A stretch of 62,796 nucleotides of DNA, the filler included, from Sphacelaria rigidula (lineage: Eukaryota), in NCBI GenBank assembly GCA_964200075.2. It is 5 parts of 5 records of this genome, joined end to end, with 100 filler letters (N's around TTAATTAATTAA, not from the genome) between each part and the next. Parts side by side here need not be neighbours in the genome. Positions count along the whole stretch, not along the records: positions 12,582 to 25,062 come from CAXNAA020003721.1; 4 more parts are not named here. One strand, written 5' to 3'. Of this stretch, positions 12,582 through 25,162 are shown piece after piece. Position numbers and translations under genes: made by a program. The stretch's first letter is position 1, and each line of letters begins with the position of its first letter. A model generated the notes under the pieces. It saw only the letters and a program-made list of their open reading frames with translations. It ran no database searches and was not told where the DNA came from.

Positions 12582-15500
12582 GAGTTGCTTCATTCTGTGG
12601 TATCGCCACTTCCAGAGACAGCCACAGGTTTTACACTGCCTGATGGGTGCGTCACTGCTCCCTTGCTCACGGGGGGGGGGGGGGGGTACCGATTACGATG
12701 AATCACATGGATAACATTATAGCCCTTTACGTTTCATCCGTTCCATGGGATAAAGTCGAAGATAAATGTTTTTCATCAAAAACGGCCAATAACACTCCCT
12801 GTCCCATTCGTGGGTCGTTCAACACTGAGCACAGGGATGGCTTCATCTCGGAAAACGACGCGAATGCCCAGTATCCCCTCATCCCCAAACTTTGGGATCA
12901 ACGCTTCACCGGGATAAGCGGTGGTGCGAGGACAAGCTTTTGAAAACCACCCGCCACAAAAAAATCGAGAAAATCTCCCATTACAGCTGAAAACTGCCAC
13001 AGTTCCCATTGACAATGAAAATCGTCTCGTACTACAGATAAGTCACTCATGTGTACCGCGCAGTGCAGAGATTGTGAAACGCCTGTGCTTTCCGACAAAA
13101 CCATAGTGGGGAACCCACATCTCCTTCACTTCATGTAGCTTGAAGGTGAAAATGGAATCTCAAATCACATTTCCATTCCTGGGATTGTTCACGAAACATC
13201 TCCTTCAATAGATTGGCTATTGATGTTGAGACTGCGTTTGCATGATCCGATGACTGCAACAAGTTCGAGCAGGGCAGTTTTACGAATAACGGGTTCCGAA
13301 CCTGTTCCTCACGACTCTGAAGACACTTTCACGCATTTTGCACCGAGCGGGGTACGCGCGCCGTCGTGATCGTTGCCATGGTTGACTTTGTACACGAAAC
13401 GGCGATCACTATACGATGCGGTGTCTACAGCCACGTACTCTAATCTAAAGCGCTCCATCTGTGCGGCTGCACTGCATGTACCTTAGGGTATGTTGCTGCC
13501 GCTTGAACAAGCATAACACATGTACTGCCTTTGCAGTTTCCCCGCGGTACCAGCTTCATTGTATTGTTGCTGCATCGTACACTGGGGGGTGTTGTGTAAA
13601 GTACATACAACGCCACGTGCAGCTGCGTGTCATGCATGTACCGTTTGTTCAGCTGGCTGCACCATAACTGATGGAGGCGTTTGGGTAATTCCATGTCCCG
13701 ACGAACCTCGACTTTTTCAAGAATAGTTCGATTTTCTCAAAACGATGGGCGTGGAAAACATATCTCGGGGGAAATTCCCCGTTTTGGAGAGGATATTCCC
13801 CTCTCTCTGAAAGATCCCGTAAGAAGCTGTGTGCGAACCATTACCTGGCAGAAACGCTCGAACCCGTTTGATCAAGTAATTCACTGATTCGGAAGAAGCG
13901 ACGTTGTATCTTTCCTCTGCCTCTTTTGTATTATTTTTGTCATATCTCACAGCGCGTCGCATCGAAGAAGATGTAATTTTGGGTGTGAAACAGAAGCAAC
14001 TACATGCAAGAAACTGCCGACTCGAAAGAGAAAGCAGCTGGCGAACTGGTGGGGCTTCTGATTCTGAGCTGGTTGGGTACTAAAACCATTGCCGAAGTGC
14101 GGCCTGTTCCTGCACCAATGAATACCGGAGTGACTAGTTACCGTCGAAAATCCGCCGAGCATTACTGAGGTGGCTGGTCCTTGTACTTGACAGTACCAGG
14201 GTGGGCAATTGCCATCCAAACATTACCGCGCACTACCATGATGGCAGGATACTGAGGTGAAAGATTCAAACCTCTAACATGCATATCGAAATGAGCCTTG
14301 TTTTTGTTTTTACTCGGTAATTTCATGACAGATTTTCTCTTTTTGTCTTGTGTTTTTTTTTCCTCATCTTGTCTAATTTCTTCGTCCCGTCTGTTCTTTG
14401 TTCCATTGAACCTTCATTTTACTCATTTTGCTCATTTTGCCGACATTTTGCTTCACGAATTTAGTGTGTTTTTAAAATTCGCGTCAGATTTCTTTACTCT
14501 TCTATTGTTATCTTCTTGTTATCTTCATTTCCTTTTTCACCATCGATTACTCTTCATTTTGGCCTTCGAATTTTCATTTCTACATCTGCGTAGCAGAGGG
14601 GGCACATGGATCGTATGCTACTTCGGTCACACATCAAGGGAGCAACCTCCCCCCCCGGACTCCGCCTCATTTTTTATTGGACCTAGTGTAGGATCTGTTG
14701 ATAAATGATTTTGTGGCATTGTGGGGGGGACGGGGAGGTGAAGAACGGTTCCAATACCTTACCCAAAAAAGTGTGGATGTAGGATGAGGAAAGAATGGTT
14801 GATTTTGCACCCCTGTCGGACATATGTTATCTTCTCTAGAGAAATTGGATAAACGAAATTTCGTGTAGTTACCTGCGGAGCTAGGTGAGACCATCTTTGA
14901 ATACGAACAATACCGATTATTGACGTCAAAAAACTTGGACACACAGGCAACACTGAGTTCGACATGCACACAGTGCCTTGACATGCACGACACTCAAGCA
15001 GTATGTTCGACACACTTGCATCGGCCAAAATGTTGCGGGATCGGTGCATGCCGACCCGCACCTTCCACCAGAACATTCTTGGACCAACAAATGTTGTACC
15101 CTGTGGGTCGTCGATATGTGCTACTGACAGTATGTACTACACAACGGGCTCGGCCGGCGAGGACGTCTGCTCCCTCTGCCTTATGTGGGGATGGCGAGGC
15201 AGGGCACACTCAGGGGTGTCCAAGGGTGCAATTCTAGTGCCGCATCCAAGTCTGCTAGAGTGATATGGACAGGGAGAGGTATACGATGAGAAAAAGAAGC
15301 ATACTGTGCCTGTGTGGCAGGTGCCTACCCTTGTTCCTTCGAGGGTTGGCGTGGGCGTGTTGTCTTGGTGGGTTCATCCTTGATTAAGCGCATGCGAAAA
15401 TACGCTGAACCGAGGACCACTGCAAGGAGCACCGCACACACCTTCCAATTTCGTTTCCTCTCTGAAGACTATTTCATGGACAAAAGACCGCTTCGTTGTA

Positions 15501-15589
15501 TTCTCAAGCGAGAACGTTGCACGCCGAAACAGTACTGCTAGAAACATACGATGAGGGATGTTGACCCTACCTTACGGTTGCAGACAGAC

Positions 15590-16190
15590 GGCACAATACT
15601 GCCTAGGATTGTCTGTATCGCACATTTTCCACATATCTCACGTTGGACGCATCATGTTTACTACAGCCGTTCGTACTGTTCTTGTGTGCAAATTGACACC
15701 TACAGCTTACTGCATGCGACAGCATAGACAGTATCCTGTAATCTCTGCGCTGGTAACTGTCCGTGCTGCAGCGTTTCGAGTGCACGGTCGATGCCAATAG
15801 ATCATCAACCCCTGACGATATCTCGCATGTGCCGGGATGACGAAGCAAAGTTTGGTCTAGTGCGTAAACGGCACTGGGGATGTTTGACATTGCTGTCAGG
15901 AGAGCCCCGCAGATGACGACGGGAACGAACATTTTCAGGGCTGGCGGGCGATGCTAGTCTCGCCGCGTCTCGAATGAAAAAACAAGACAAAGTGTAAGTC
16001 GATCTCGTCTTGAATTAGTTGAAAAGATACAGGCCAGGAGGGCCCATCTCAAAATATTTCTCTTGTTTTTTATTTTTTCCCCGCAAGCGTGTGAAACTGC
16101 TAACCGTAAGTAGCTATCTTGTATTTTTTCTTAGTTTTTTTGCAAAATACGGGGGGGAAATACGAACCGAAAGAAACGGCCTGAGGTCAG
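15590..16190 (+). repeat. Dispersed repeat family R1, copy 1
   Basis: Aligns by eye with 19205-19810 (direct) and 23740-24365 (inverted), e.g. GATCATCAACCCCTGACGA and GTCGATCTCGTC. A further partial inverted copy lies at ~16220-16700. Confidence 0.8.
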
Positions 16191-17303
16191 TATAATTCTC
16201 GATTTTTTTCCGGTGTGTCGGAGATGTGGAAAAATCTACATGTGCGGACGACGTGACGTCTGTGGACAACGTGCTAGGTGGTACTGTACTGTCTGCACTG
16301 CCGCATTCAATAGTGAGATGCACATGCCATGCTGCACCCAGCTGCGGCCGGAAATGATTTGGACAGCGTGCAGTGCAGACAATACATTGCTTGTCCTGCC
16401 GCATTCAATAGTACAGTAGGATGCAACTGTTAGTTTCCCAGTAGTGTACAACGGCTGCAATAACTATGATGAGGACGTGCAGCACAGACACAAGTGAGCA
16501 GTGCAGTACTGTCTTCACTGCCTCTTACGGCAGTATACATGCGCACATATCAGGTTGCACACGGTAATATACAACGGCTGCACTCAAATTGATGTGGAGG
16601 AGTGCAGTACAGACAGTGCTTGACACCAACACTGCCTGTACTGCCGCATACAGGACACAGCAGTATAGGATGAAAATGTTAGCTTGCACACAGTACGAGC
16701 TGGGTCGGCAGCGATCGGGGAAGGGCTACGTTTCATGTCTCCCTGCACCAACACGAGAAACTTGGCATGGCGAAGTCTTGAGGTCCCATTACCTTGCCTT
16801 GGCGGCCACACCCCCTCTGAACTTCGCTGACCACACTTTTGGTGCTTCTCCGCTTTTTTTCTATCCCCGCTCCGCTCCGAAATATATCTGGAACCGTGAG
16901 GTAGGGTCAACATCTCTCATCGTATGTTCCTGGCGGTATTTTTTCCTCATAATGTGTTGCAAAATACGTGGGGAAGATACGAAACGGAAGAAACGCCGTC
17001 AAACCGTTTCTTACGGGTTGTATCTTTCAATAGTATTTCGAAAAACATCACGAAAAATACCGCTAGGAAAATGAAACGGGCATTGTTCACCCTGTCCTAC
17101 GATTCCAGATATACTTTTGAGGAGGTGGGGGGGACAAAAGAGCGGGGAGGTACCTCAAGTACGGTCACTGGAATTCAAAAGGGTGTGCACACCAAGGCGA
17201 GGTGCAAATGCAGGCTTCTCCACGCCAAGCTGCTCATGGTGTAAGAAGACGCGAAACGTATGCCTCCCCCGCTGGTGGCCCAGCTCGTACTGTGTGTAAA
17301 CTG

Positions 17304-18986
17304 CACACCCTGGACAATACAACATGTAACATATATTGCCCGCTCAATATATCGAGGCGTCGGGTGGTCAATATATATTGGGCGAGCAATATGATGACAC
17401 GAGAGAGGGTCAATGTATATTGTGCCATCAATATATCAAGGCTCGCGACATGCAATATATATCGACCGAACAAAATATCACGACACGCGTCACCTCAGTA
17501 TATATTTGCCGAGTAATATGTTGGTGCGAGGAGGCACCAATGTAAATTTATCGAGTAACATACTGGCTGCCACCCGAGGTCAATATATATTGACGATTCA
17601 ATATATCGACACCCGAAGCGCCAATATGTATTGCCGCCCCAATATGTCGTGCGTCAATGCGTCCAATATATATTGGGTGGACAATACAAAAGGGAACCGA
17701 TGGTCGCAATGCATGTTGATGCAGCAAAATATATTGATTTTCAACACATAGATCGGAAAGTGTATTGGAATTAGTTTTGTGGGCAGTTCTTTGTTCGCGG
17801 GCGCCATTCAAAGACGTATTTTACATGCCAAAAATGCTCAATGTATTCCTCCGCAAGCGTGTTCAATATATATTGGCTGCACGATAGCTATCCGATCAGC
17901 GTGCGCAATATATATTGGAAAAACAATACTTCTGCATGGTTTGCGTTCAAAATATATTATGGTAACAATATGCTACGCACCGCCTCGACTCAATATATAT
18001 TGAATGTTTTATTCTCGGAGCAACTACATGTCCAATATGTCTTGGCATACATTCCTTCATGATCATGACACGAGCATTATATTTTGTTGCTTCAATATCT
18101 CCGAGGACATCTCAACACAATATATATTGAAATGACAATATTGGCGTTGGCTCCAATACAAAGTATTGGTATCATATTGGAACATATTATATTGTCCAGG
18201 GTATAAGCAACACAGCCCTGGTGACCACAGGGGTACCAAAAGGCACATATCGACCCGCGTTTTCTGTCGTCGTGATGTTTAGCCAAGATATTTACATTAC
18301 ATGCTGGAAAGGGGATGGGCGGCCCCGCACCGGTGACCAGATAGGTATCAGGAGGCATATATACCGGGTCGCCTCTTCTGTCACCATATTTTCTAACCAG
18401 TTATTATATATATATATCAAAATGATTCGACGACTTTCTGCAGTAATGCACGCGAAATTCTGCGGCTCCCTCTAAAGCTTTTCCCAATCTGCACGGGCTC
18501 CGGCATCCATCGCGTCTGGATCTCTCCTAGAGCGTACACGATACTTATAATATCTAAAATATATTGACCGGTCAAAATGTTTTCATCAATGCAACCCAAT
18601 ATATATATTGGTCGTGCAATATGTTGTTGCCCACGCTGCCCCAATATATATTGATGGGACAATATGTGTTCGACCCAATAGTACCAATATATATTATGCG
18701 GGCAATATGTGTGCAGTCCCTCGACATCAATTTATATTGGGCGCGCAATACATGTGCAGTCTAAGGGTACCAATATATATTACACCAGCAATATAAGAAT
18801 ATATATATATAATATATATATAAATTTAATTAATTAATTAATAAATAAATTGGATGGATGGATGGATGGATGGATGGTTGGTCATTTGATTTATTTATTT
18901 TTTTGAGCAAGGGAAAGACAATATCGCAAATTTCCAATGTGATCGACTAATATATATTGGAAACACATTGTATTGTCCAGGGTGTG
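17304..18986. mobile_element. 1683-bp non-autonomous hAT-type DNA transposon with internal 42-43-bp phased arrays
   Basis: Perfect 19-bp TIR CACACCCTGGACAATACAA (17304-17322 / 18968-18986). Perfect 8-bp TSD GTAAACTG (17296-17303 / 18987-18994). The homologous repeat at 24861 has a single target copy (empty site). Confidence 0.92.
18852..18876. repeat. (GGAT)n microsatellite after an AT-rich tract
   Basis: TGGATGGATGGATGGATGGATGGATGG. Confidence 0.9.
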
Positions 18987-18994
18987 GTAAACTG

Positions 18995-19990
18995 ATATAT
19001 CAATCGTATACTGCCGTAAACGGAGTACAGACAGTACTGTGCTGTCTAGTACTGTCTGTACTGCACTCCTCCACCTCAATTTTAGTGCAGCTGTTGTATA
19101 CGGCAGAAAAGGCGTGGTACTGTCTGCACTCTACGATGTTCAGGACAATTTCAGCAGCTGTTGGGTGCAACATGACATCTGCACCCTTCCGTTCAATGCA
19201 GCAATACAGACAGTACGATACTGCCCAGTGTTGTCTGAATTGCACATTTTCCACGTCTCTTACGTTGGCCGCATCATCTTGACTACAGCCGCTGTGTACT
19301 ACTGTTGAGTGCAAACTGACACCTATAACTCACTGCACGAGGCAGTGCAGGCAGTACTGTAATGTCTGCGCTGGGTACTGTCTGTACTGCAAGGTTTGAG
19401 AGCACGGCCGATGGCAACGGATCATCAACTCCTGACGACATCGCATGTGCGCCGGGATTGAGGAGAAACGTCTGGTCTAGTGTGTAAACGGTGGTGAGAA
19501 TGTTCGACATTGCTGTAAGGAGAGCCTCAAAGATTACAAAGGCTCAAGCATCTCCAGGGCTGGCGGGCGTTGCTTGTCTCGGTGCGTCGCGGATGAGAAA
19601 TACGAGAGAAAAACACGAGTCGATCTCGTCTCATATTTTTTCCGGAAATTACAAGCCAGGAGGGCTTATCTCGTGGAAATTCCCTCGTCCCGTTTTTTCC
19701 CTAGAATCTCGTAAAAATGCGAATCGTAAGGAGCGTTCATGTATTTTTTTCTCGTATCATACAAAATACGATGGGAAAACTCGAACGGCAAGAAACGGCC
19801 TCATCATTGTTTCCTGAAACCAATCAACAGTATATTATACCCCTACCATTACTCGACACTAGGAATACTCTGTGACTACACCGAATTACTAGGCTTGCGG
19901 TCATCACCCCTCAAGACACGCTGTTGCTTTCAGGACTTCGAGCTGAAATCGACGTCTGTTGGCGATGGGTATCGATGCAGAATGGCGTCA
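18995..19990 (+). repeat. Left arm of a ~1-kb inverted repeat (includes an R1 copy)
   Basis: Diverged reverse complement of 23550-24530, e.g. CAGGACTTCGAGCTGAAATCGACGTCTGTTGG / CCAACAGACGTCGATTTCAGCTCGAAGTCCTG. Confidence 0.85.
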
Positions 19991-20264
19991 TCGTGGGAAT
20001 AGGGTTAGGCACTGTTAGCCTCAACAGCTCGTTTCGGGGGCGATGCCGCATATGGGAGAAAGCTGCATGACGTATGACATTCGTTACAGCACACGTTGCA
20101 AGCGTTTTTTGCTGAAGAGATTCATGTATCTGCTAGAACAGGGCGAGTTGGTGCAGGGTTCTCGAGATGTGGGTCCCACGCTGTGCGCATTGGTCTTGAA
20201 ACACACATCCTCATCTGTTGTACAGGAAGTATGCTGCTTGCTGCGTGTGTTTGACGCGGCGTGC

Positions 20265-20600
20265 CACCTGCGGCGTTACGCCTTCGGCGGCACCACCTGC
20301 TCACTGCAAAGCGGCAGGGTGCAGGGTGACAAAGCACACCACAGAATTTCACATCCGTAGCCTATCCCTGTTCTGCATCGGTTTCGCGCTGTCCTATGCA
20401 GTTTGCCGCATCATGCACACAACCGCTTGTATCTGCGATCAACGTGTACGCGGGATGTCATCATCATCTTGTAAAGCTCTCCATGTTGCAGCTACAGCGT
20501 GCGTTTGCACCAGGTTGCGCACGCTGGAGTGAAAGGCCGCCTCTGCTGCTGTCATGGTTGCCTGTATCTTGGGCGAAGCTGTATGGTAACACAGCCGCTA
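20265..20600 (-). repeat. Dispersed decayed element fragment shared with 41365-41730 (opposite orientation)
   Basis: GCGGCAGGGTGCAGGGTGACAAAGCACACC and TATCTTGGGCGAAGCTGTATGGTAACACAGCCGC match the reverse complement of contig-4 sequence. Confidence 0.8.
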
Positions 20601-21541
20601 TAGCGCGAAAGCCACTTGTATAATTTCATACCCTGAAGATTTTGACACACTGTTGTTGTCTCGAAGTCTAGCGCTGCAGTCACCGACTTGAGATACGAGT
20701 ATTACACATTTTTTAGTCGGCGATATATTCTTCACTGTGCAGTACACTTTTATCACCATGTTCGTACTGACTGTAAAATCTTCGTCCAGGTTTGGGTCAA
20801 CATATAATGCCGGGTCTGATACATTCTCACATATAATCTGGCGCGGTGAGATGGTTGAAAAATCCACTACATCCGGGCGAACTGCAGGTGAAATATTCAC
20901 CTGTGAACTCTGCAACAGTGCACTGTAAGTTGATATCGCTAGAAGGACACTGCCATAACTACCTTTGCGGTTGCCAGACTGTCAGGATCATGTATCCGCT
21001 AGCATTGCTACTGTCTGTACGGGGATGTTGCCCACTTGTCGGGTACGTGGAGCAGGGTCCATGGCAGAACACAGCGGTCGTGTGAGATAGGTTTAACCTC
21101 GACGTGTCGAGCTTTTCGGACCGGTAAACCTTCAGCCCAGACCCTCACATATGTGGTGGGGCCTAAATGCTGTTTATTCTCTGGTTTTCTGCGAGCGTTC
21201 ACCCTCAACTGGGCGAAGATTGGTGATGACGCCTCAGGGATCCGTGCGGTCTGCGAGCTTAACCGAAATTGTATGGATTATATTCGTCATCAGACAGGAG
21301 GTAGTAAAAAACAAAGAATCTGATGAGAATGGTATCCACCTTTTCAAAGCAGATCGGGGCATCAGCGCCTTGTGCAGCTACGGCTGCGGCTCCGACACCT
21401 TACTGTAGTACCGATCAACACATCCTCCAAGTTTCGGCTTCATGACAAGCGAGGGGCGGGTTTTCTTGGCGCCTAACCTCCGAAAACAAAGCCTTCATAT
21501 TATCGAAAAGGAACGGCACTACAGTTACAGTTTGGCGCATA

Positions 21542-22092
21542 CAGTAGTGGGCGGTCTAACTACTCATTTTGGGGCATTTTGTGATTTTTTCGCGATCGGC
21601 GATTTTCTTGGGCTCTTTTCGCTTGCCACCGCTCATCACATTGAAGATCTGAAGATATTTGTATCCGCTCCGCATTTTTAGAGAAAAAAATCATCTGTAC
21701 TCAACGTTGAGTGACCTACGGGCTGACCGGTCATCGGGGGTCCCGCCACGTTCCAGCCCAGATTTGTACTCTTCGGTATTTTTTCGGTCGATTGTGCCTG
21801 TCCCGATCATATTTGTGAAGAAATGTGCAGTTTTTTTTTTTTTAATTCTACCTACTTATTGTGCTAGAGCTGAAAAACTGTGTTTTATGGTCAATAACAC
21901 CCTCCTGATAAACGGGGCATTTACTTGTATCGCCTGATGACACCAACCAACTCTGAAATGGGCACCGTGTTTCGAGGATGATCTGTTCATTGTACCAAAA
22001 TCCACCGACGCTAGCGATTTCGACTTCTATGGAATAGAAAATCGCGAGGAAAGTCCGAAAGCACCCCTGAATAGTTAGACCGCCCACCACTG
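21542..22092. mobile_element. 551-bp Tc1/mariner-type MITE
   Basis: 21-bp TIR CAGTAGTGGGCGGTCTAACTA / TAGTTAGACCGCCCACCACTG (1 mismatch), flanked by TA on both sides. Confidence 0.85.
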
Positions 22093-22106
22093 TATATTCC
22101 AGCTGT

Positions 22107-23173
22107 AGCTCAACCTTCTAGATACAACAGAGATCGTCCGTGTAGAGTTTCGGAACAACTTCTTCTCCGGATTGGACAACAGGGGTGCACAGGCATGTAA
22201 CACACGACGCGGTCACCCGTCAGTATCTTGAGGTCTGACATGAGCTTTCAGGACGAGAAAGCGATCTGATTGGGACGATTTTGGAGGGATGCGAGAGGGG
22301 TGACCTCACCAGGATGTATTGAACTCAATGACTATGGCACTGGTCTAGAAGCCGCAGGATCTCATGACTGCTGTACACCCTTGATCAGCCATAACGTGTG
22401 AGGGAAGACATGCCGATGGGTTTGGTTCCATCTTTATAACTTTCGCAGCTGAAACCATAGACCTTGAGGCCCAAAAAAAACTTACCTTACAAGTCCGGCT
22501 AAAAAGCGGAAGGGAAGCACTGCAGAGAAGCAACGGGAACAGGAAATCTACTGGAGTGTCGACTTCGGTGACTGACATGACGACGCATGGTGCATTTAAT
22601 TCATTCAAAAATCATGGAAAACGACGAAGGCACGGCTGATTCCATTATTTCACTCCTATCTGTACCTATGAACTCGGCACATGCTACCTCGACATGTCGG
22701 TCACCGAAGTCGACATTTCAGCAGATTTCATCTACCCGTTGTTTCTCTGCAGTGCTTTCCCTTCGCCGTCTGGCCGGACTTGCGAGGTGAGTTTTGTTTT
22801 GGGACTCAATGTCTATGATTTCAGCTGCGAAAGTTATGCAGGTGGAACCAAACCCATCAGCATGTATTCCCTCACCTACAAAAGCTGATCAAGGGTGTAT
22901 GTACAGCACCAGTGAGTTGCTGAGTCTTCTTCACCAGTGCCATAGTTCTTGAGTTGAATAAATCCCGGTCAGGTCACCACTCTTTCATCCGCCCATCCTC
23001 GCCCGAACCAGACCGCTCTCTCGTCCTGAAATATCATGCCAGACCTCAAAATACTGATCGGCGACCTTGTCTTGTGTTGCATGCCTCTGCACCCTGGTCA
23101 TCCAACACGAAGAAGAAGTTGTTCCGAGACTCCAAACGGAGGATCCCTCTGTTGTATCTCGAACCTTGAGCTA
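22107..23173. repeat. Long imperfect hairpin (~490-bp arms, ~85-nt loop)
   Basis: 22107-22592 is the diverged reverse complement of 22677-23173, e.g. TGTCGACTTCGGTGAC/GTCACCGAAGTCGACA and GATACAACAGAG/CTCTGTTGTATC. Confidence 0.88.
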
Positions 23174-23549
23174 TATGCGCCGAACTCAAACCGAGACGAG
23201 AACATGTATGGGATCGCGTAAATCGTTCACAATTCAGACGTAGGGATCATTTCGCCTCCGCGCTGGCAACTTGCCAAGAAAACGTATTTGCGGCAGGCTC
23301 GGTGATGGTGGCGCGGGGGTGATGGTGCCAACCCCTCAAGGCCCCTCGCTCACGAACGATCAAACACGCGTTTTACTGACTGGTCGTGAGTGCAAATAGC
23401 GATACACACAATCACAATTGACCAAGCAGGTCATGAGTCCCCAAAGAGCGCACTCATTCTATGCATACCTCATTCGTCAGAGGGGTACAGTAGCATCGTT
23501 GTCGTGAAGCGCTGCGCGGCCACCGCACCGGACAGTAGTGCGTACAGTT

Positions 23550-24530
23550 ATGCGCCATTCTGCATCAAACCCCATCACCAACAGACGTCGATTTCAGCTC
23601 GAAGTCCTGACAGCAACACCGTGTCTTGGGGGGTGATGACCGAATACGAGCCTACGGTGTATAATGGACAGTACAGGGTAGTCACAGAGTATTCCTCGTG
23701 CCGACTAAAGGTAGGTGTAGAATAAACCGTCAAGTAGTACCAGAAAACCATGATGAGGCTGTTTCTTGCGGTTCGCATTCTCCCATCATATTTTGTATGA
23801 TACGCGGAAAAAATACATGAATCCTTCTCCCGGTTCGTATTTTTACGAGGTTGTCGGAAAAAAATACGGGAGGAATACTTGACGAGATGAGCTCTCCTGG
23901 CTCGTATTTTCCGAAAAAGTTTGAGACGAGATCGACTTGTATTTTTCTCTCGTATTTTTCATTTGCGACGCGACGCGACGAGACAAGCAACGCCCGTCAG
24001 CCCTGAAAATCCTTGTGTCCTTCGTAATCTTTGGGGCTCTCCTCCCAGTGAGGTCGAACATCCCCACCGCCGTTGACACACTAGACGAGATTTTTCTTCT
24101 CCATGCCGGCGCAAGAAGCTAGATGTCTTGAGAGGTTGATGATCCATTGGCATCGGCCGTGCTCTCGACAATCTGCAGCACAGACAGTACCCAACGCAGA
24201 CATTACAGTACTGTTTGTACTGCCTCATGCGGTGAGTTACAGGTGTTGGTGTGCACACGACAGTAGTGGTACACAGTGGCTGTAGTAAAAATGCTGCCGA
24301 GAAGGTAAGAGACGTGGACAATGTGCAATTCAGACGACACTAGGCAGTACTACTGTACTGTCTGTGTCGCCGCATTGAGCAGAAGGATGCAGATGTCATG
24401 TTGCACCCAACTGTTGCTGAAATTGACCTGAACAGCGTCCAGTGCAGACAGGTCGTACTAAAAGTGACGTGGAGGAGTCTAGTACAGACAGTACTGTGCT
24501 CCTATACTGCCGTATCCGGCAGTATGCATT
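23550..24530 (-). repeat. Right arm of the ~1-kb inverted repeat
   Basis: Inverted match to 18995-19990. Homology resumes at 24861-25003 versus 17158-17303. Confidence 0.85.
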
Positions 24531-25062
24531 GATTGTTCGATTGATTGATTATTTCACATTAGCTGACTGAAACAATCCAGCCCGTGGTCAGGAGCAGCAA
24601 AAATAGATCAGAATAATAAAAAGAAATAGAAAAACGACAGAAGCAACGGCCTCAGAAAGGAAAGAAAGGGGGCAGTGATAACAACAAAAACCACCACCAA
24701 CAACAACAAACAGCAACAGCAGTAACAACAAAATAACGACAAACACGAACACAAACACAAGCATGAACAAAGACAAAAAGGTGATGATCGCGCATTACGT
24801 AGCTGATTGCAACACTCCAGCTCGTAATCAGAAACAAGGAGAAGTATAGAGTTAATATGCCAGTTTGCACACAGCACGAGCTGGGCCACCAGCGGGGGAG
24901 GCATACGTTTCACGTCTTACACCATGAGCAGCTTGGCGTGGAGAAGTCTGTATTTGCACGTCGCCTTGGTGTACACACCTTTTTGAATTCCGCTGACCGT
25001 ACTCAACCCTTTTGGGACTGGGCCTCCAGAACGACCAACGAGGCTGGTTAGGAATGACGTGT

Positions 25063-25162
25063 NNNNNNNNNNNNNNNNNNNNNNNNNNNNNNNNNNNNNN
25101 NNNNNNTTAATTAATTAANNNNNNNNNNNNNNNNNNNNNNNNNNNNNNNNNNNNNNNNNNNN
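25063..25162. other. Artificial contig-join linker
   Basis: N44-TTAATTAATTAA-N44. Confidence 0.98.

Noticed and set aside
17327-18800. CRISPR array
   Set aside because: The repeat cores are only 12 bp and degenerate, the spacers are 6 and ~15 nt, there are no cas genes, and the array lies within a TIR/TSD-bounded eukaryotic transposon.
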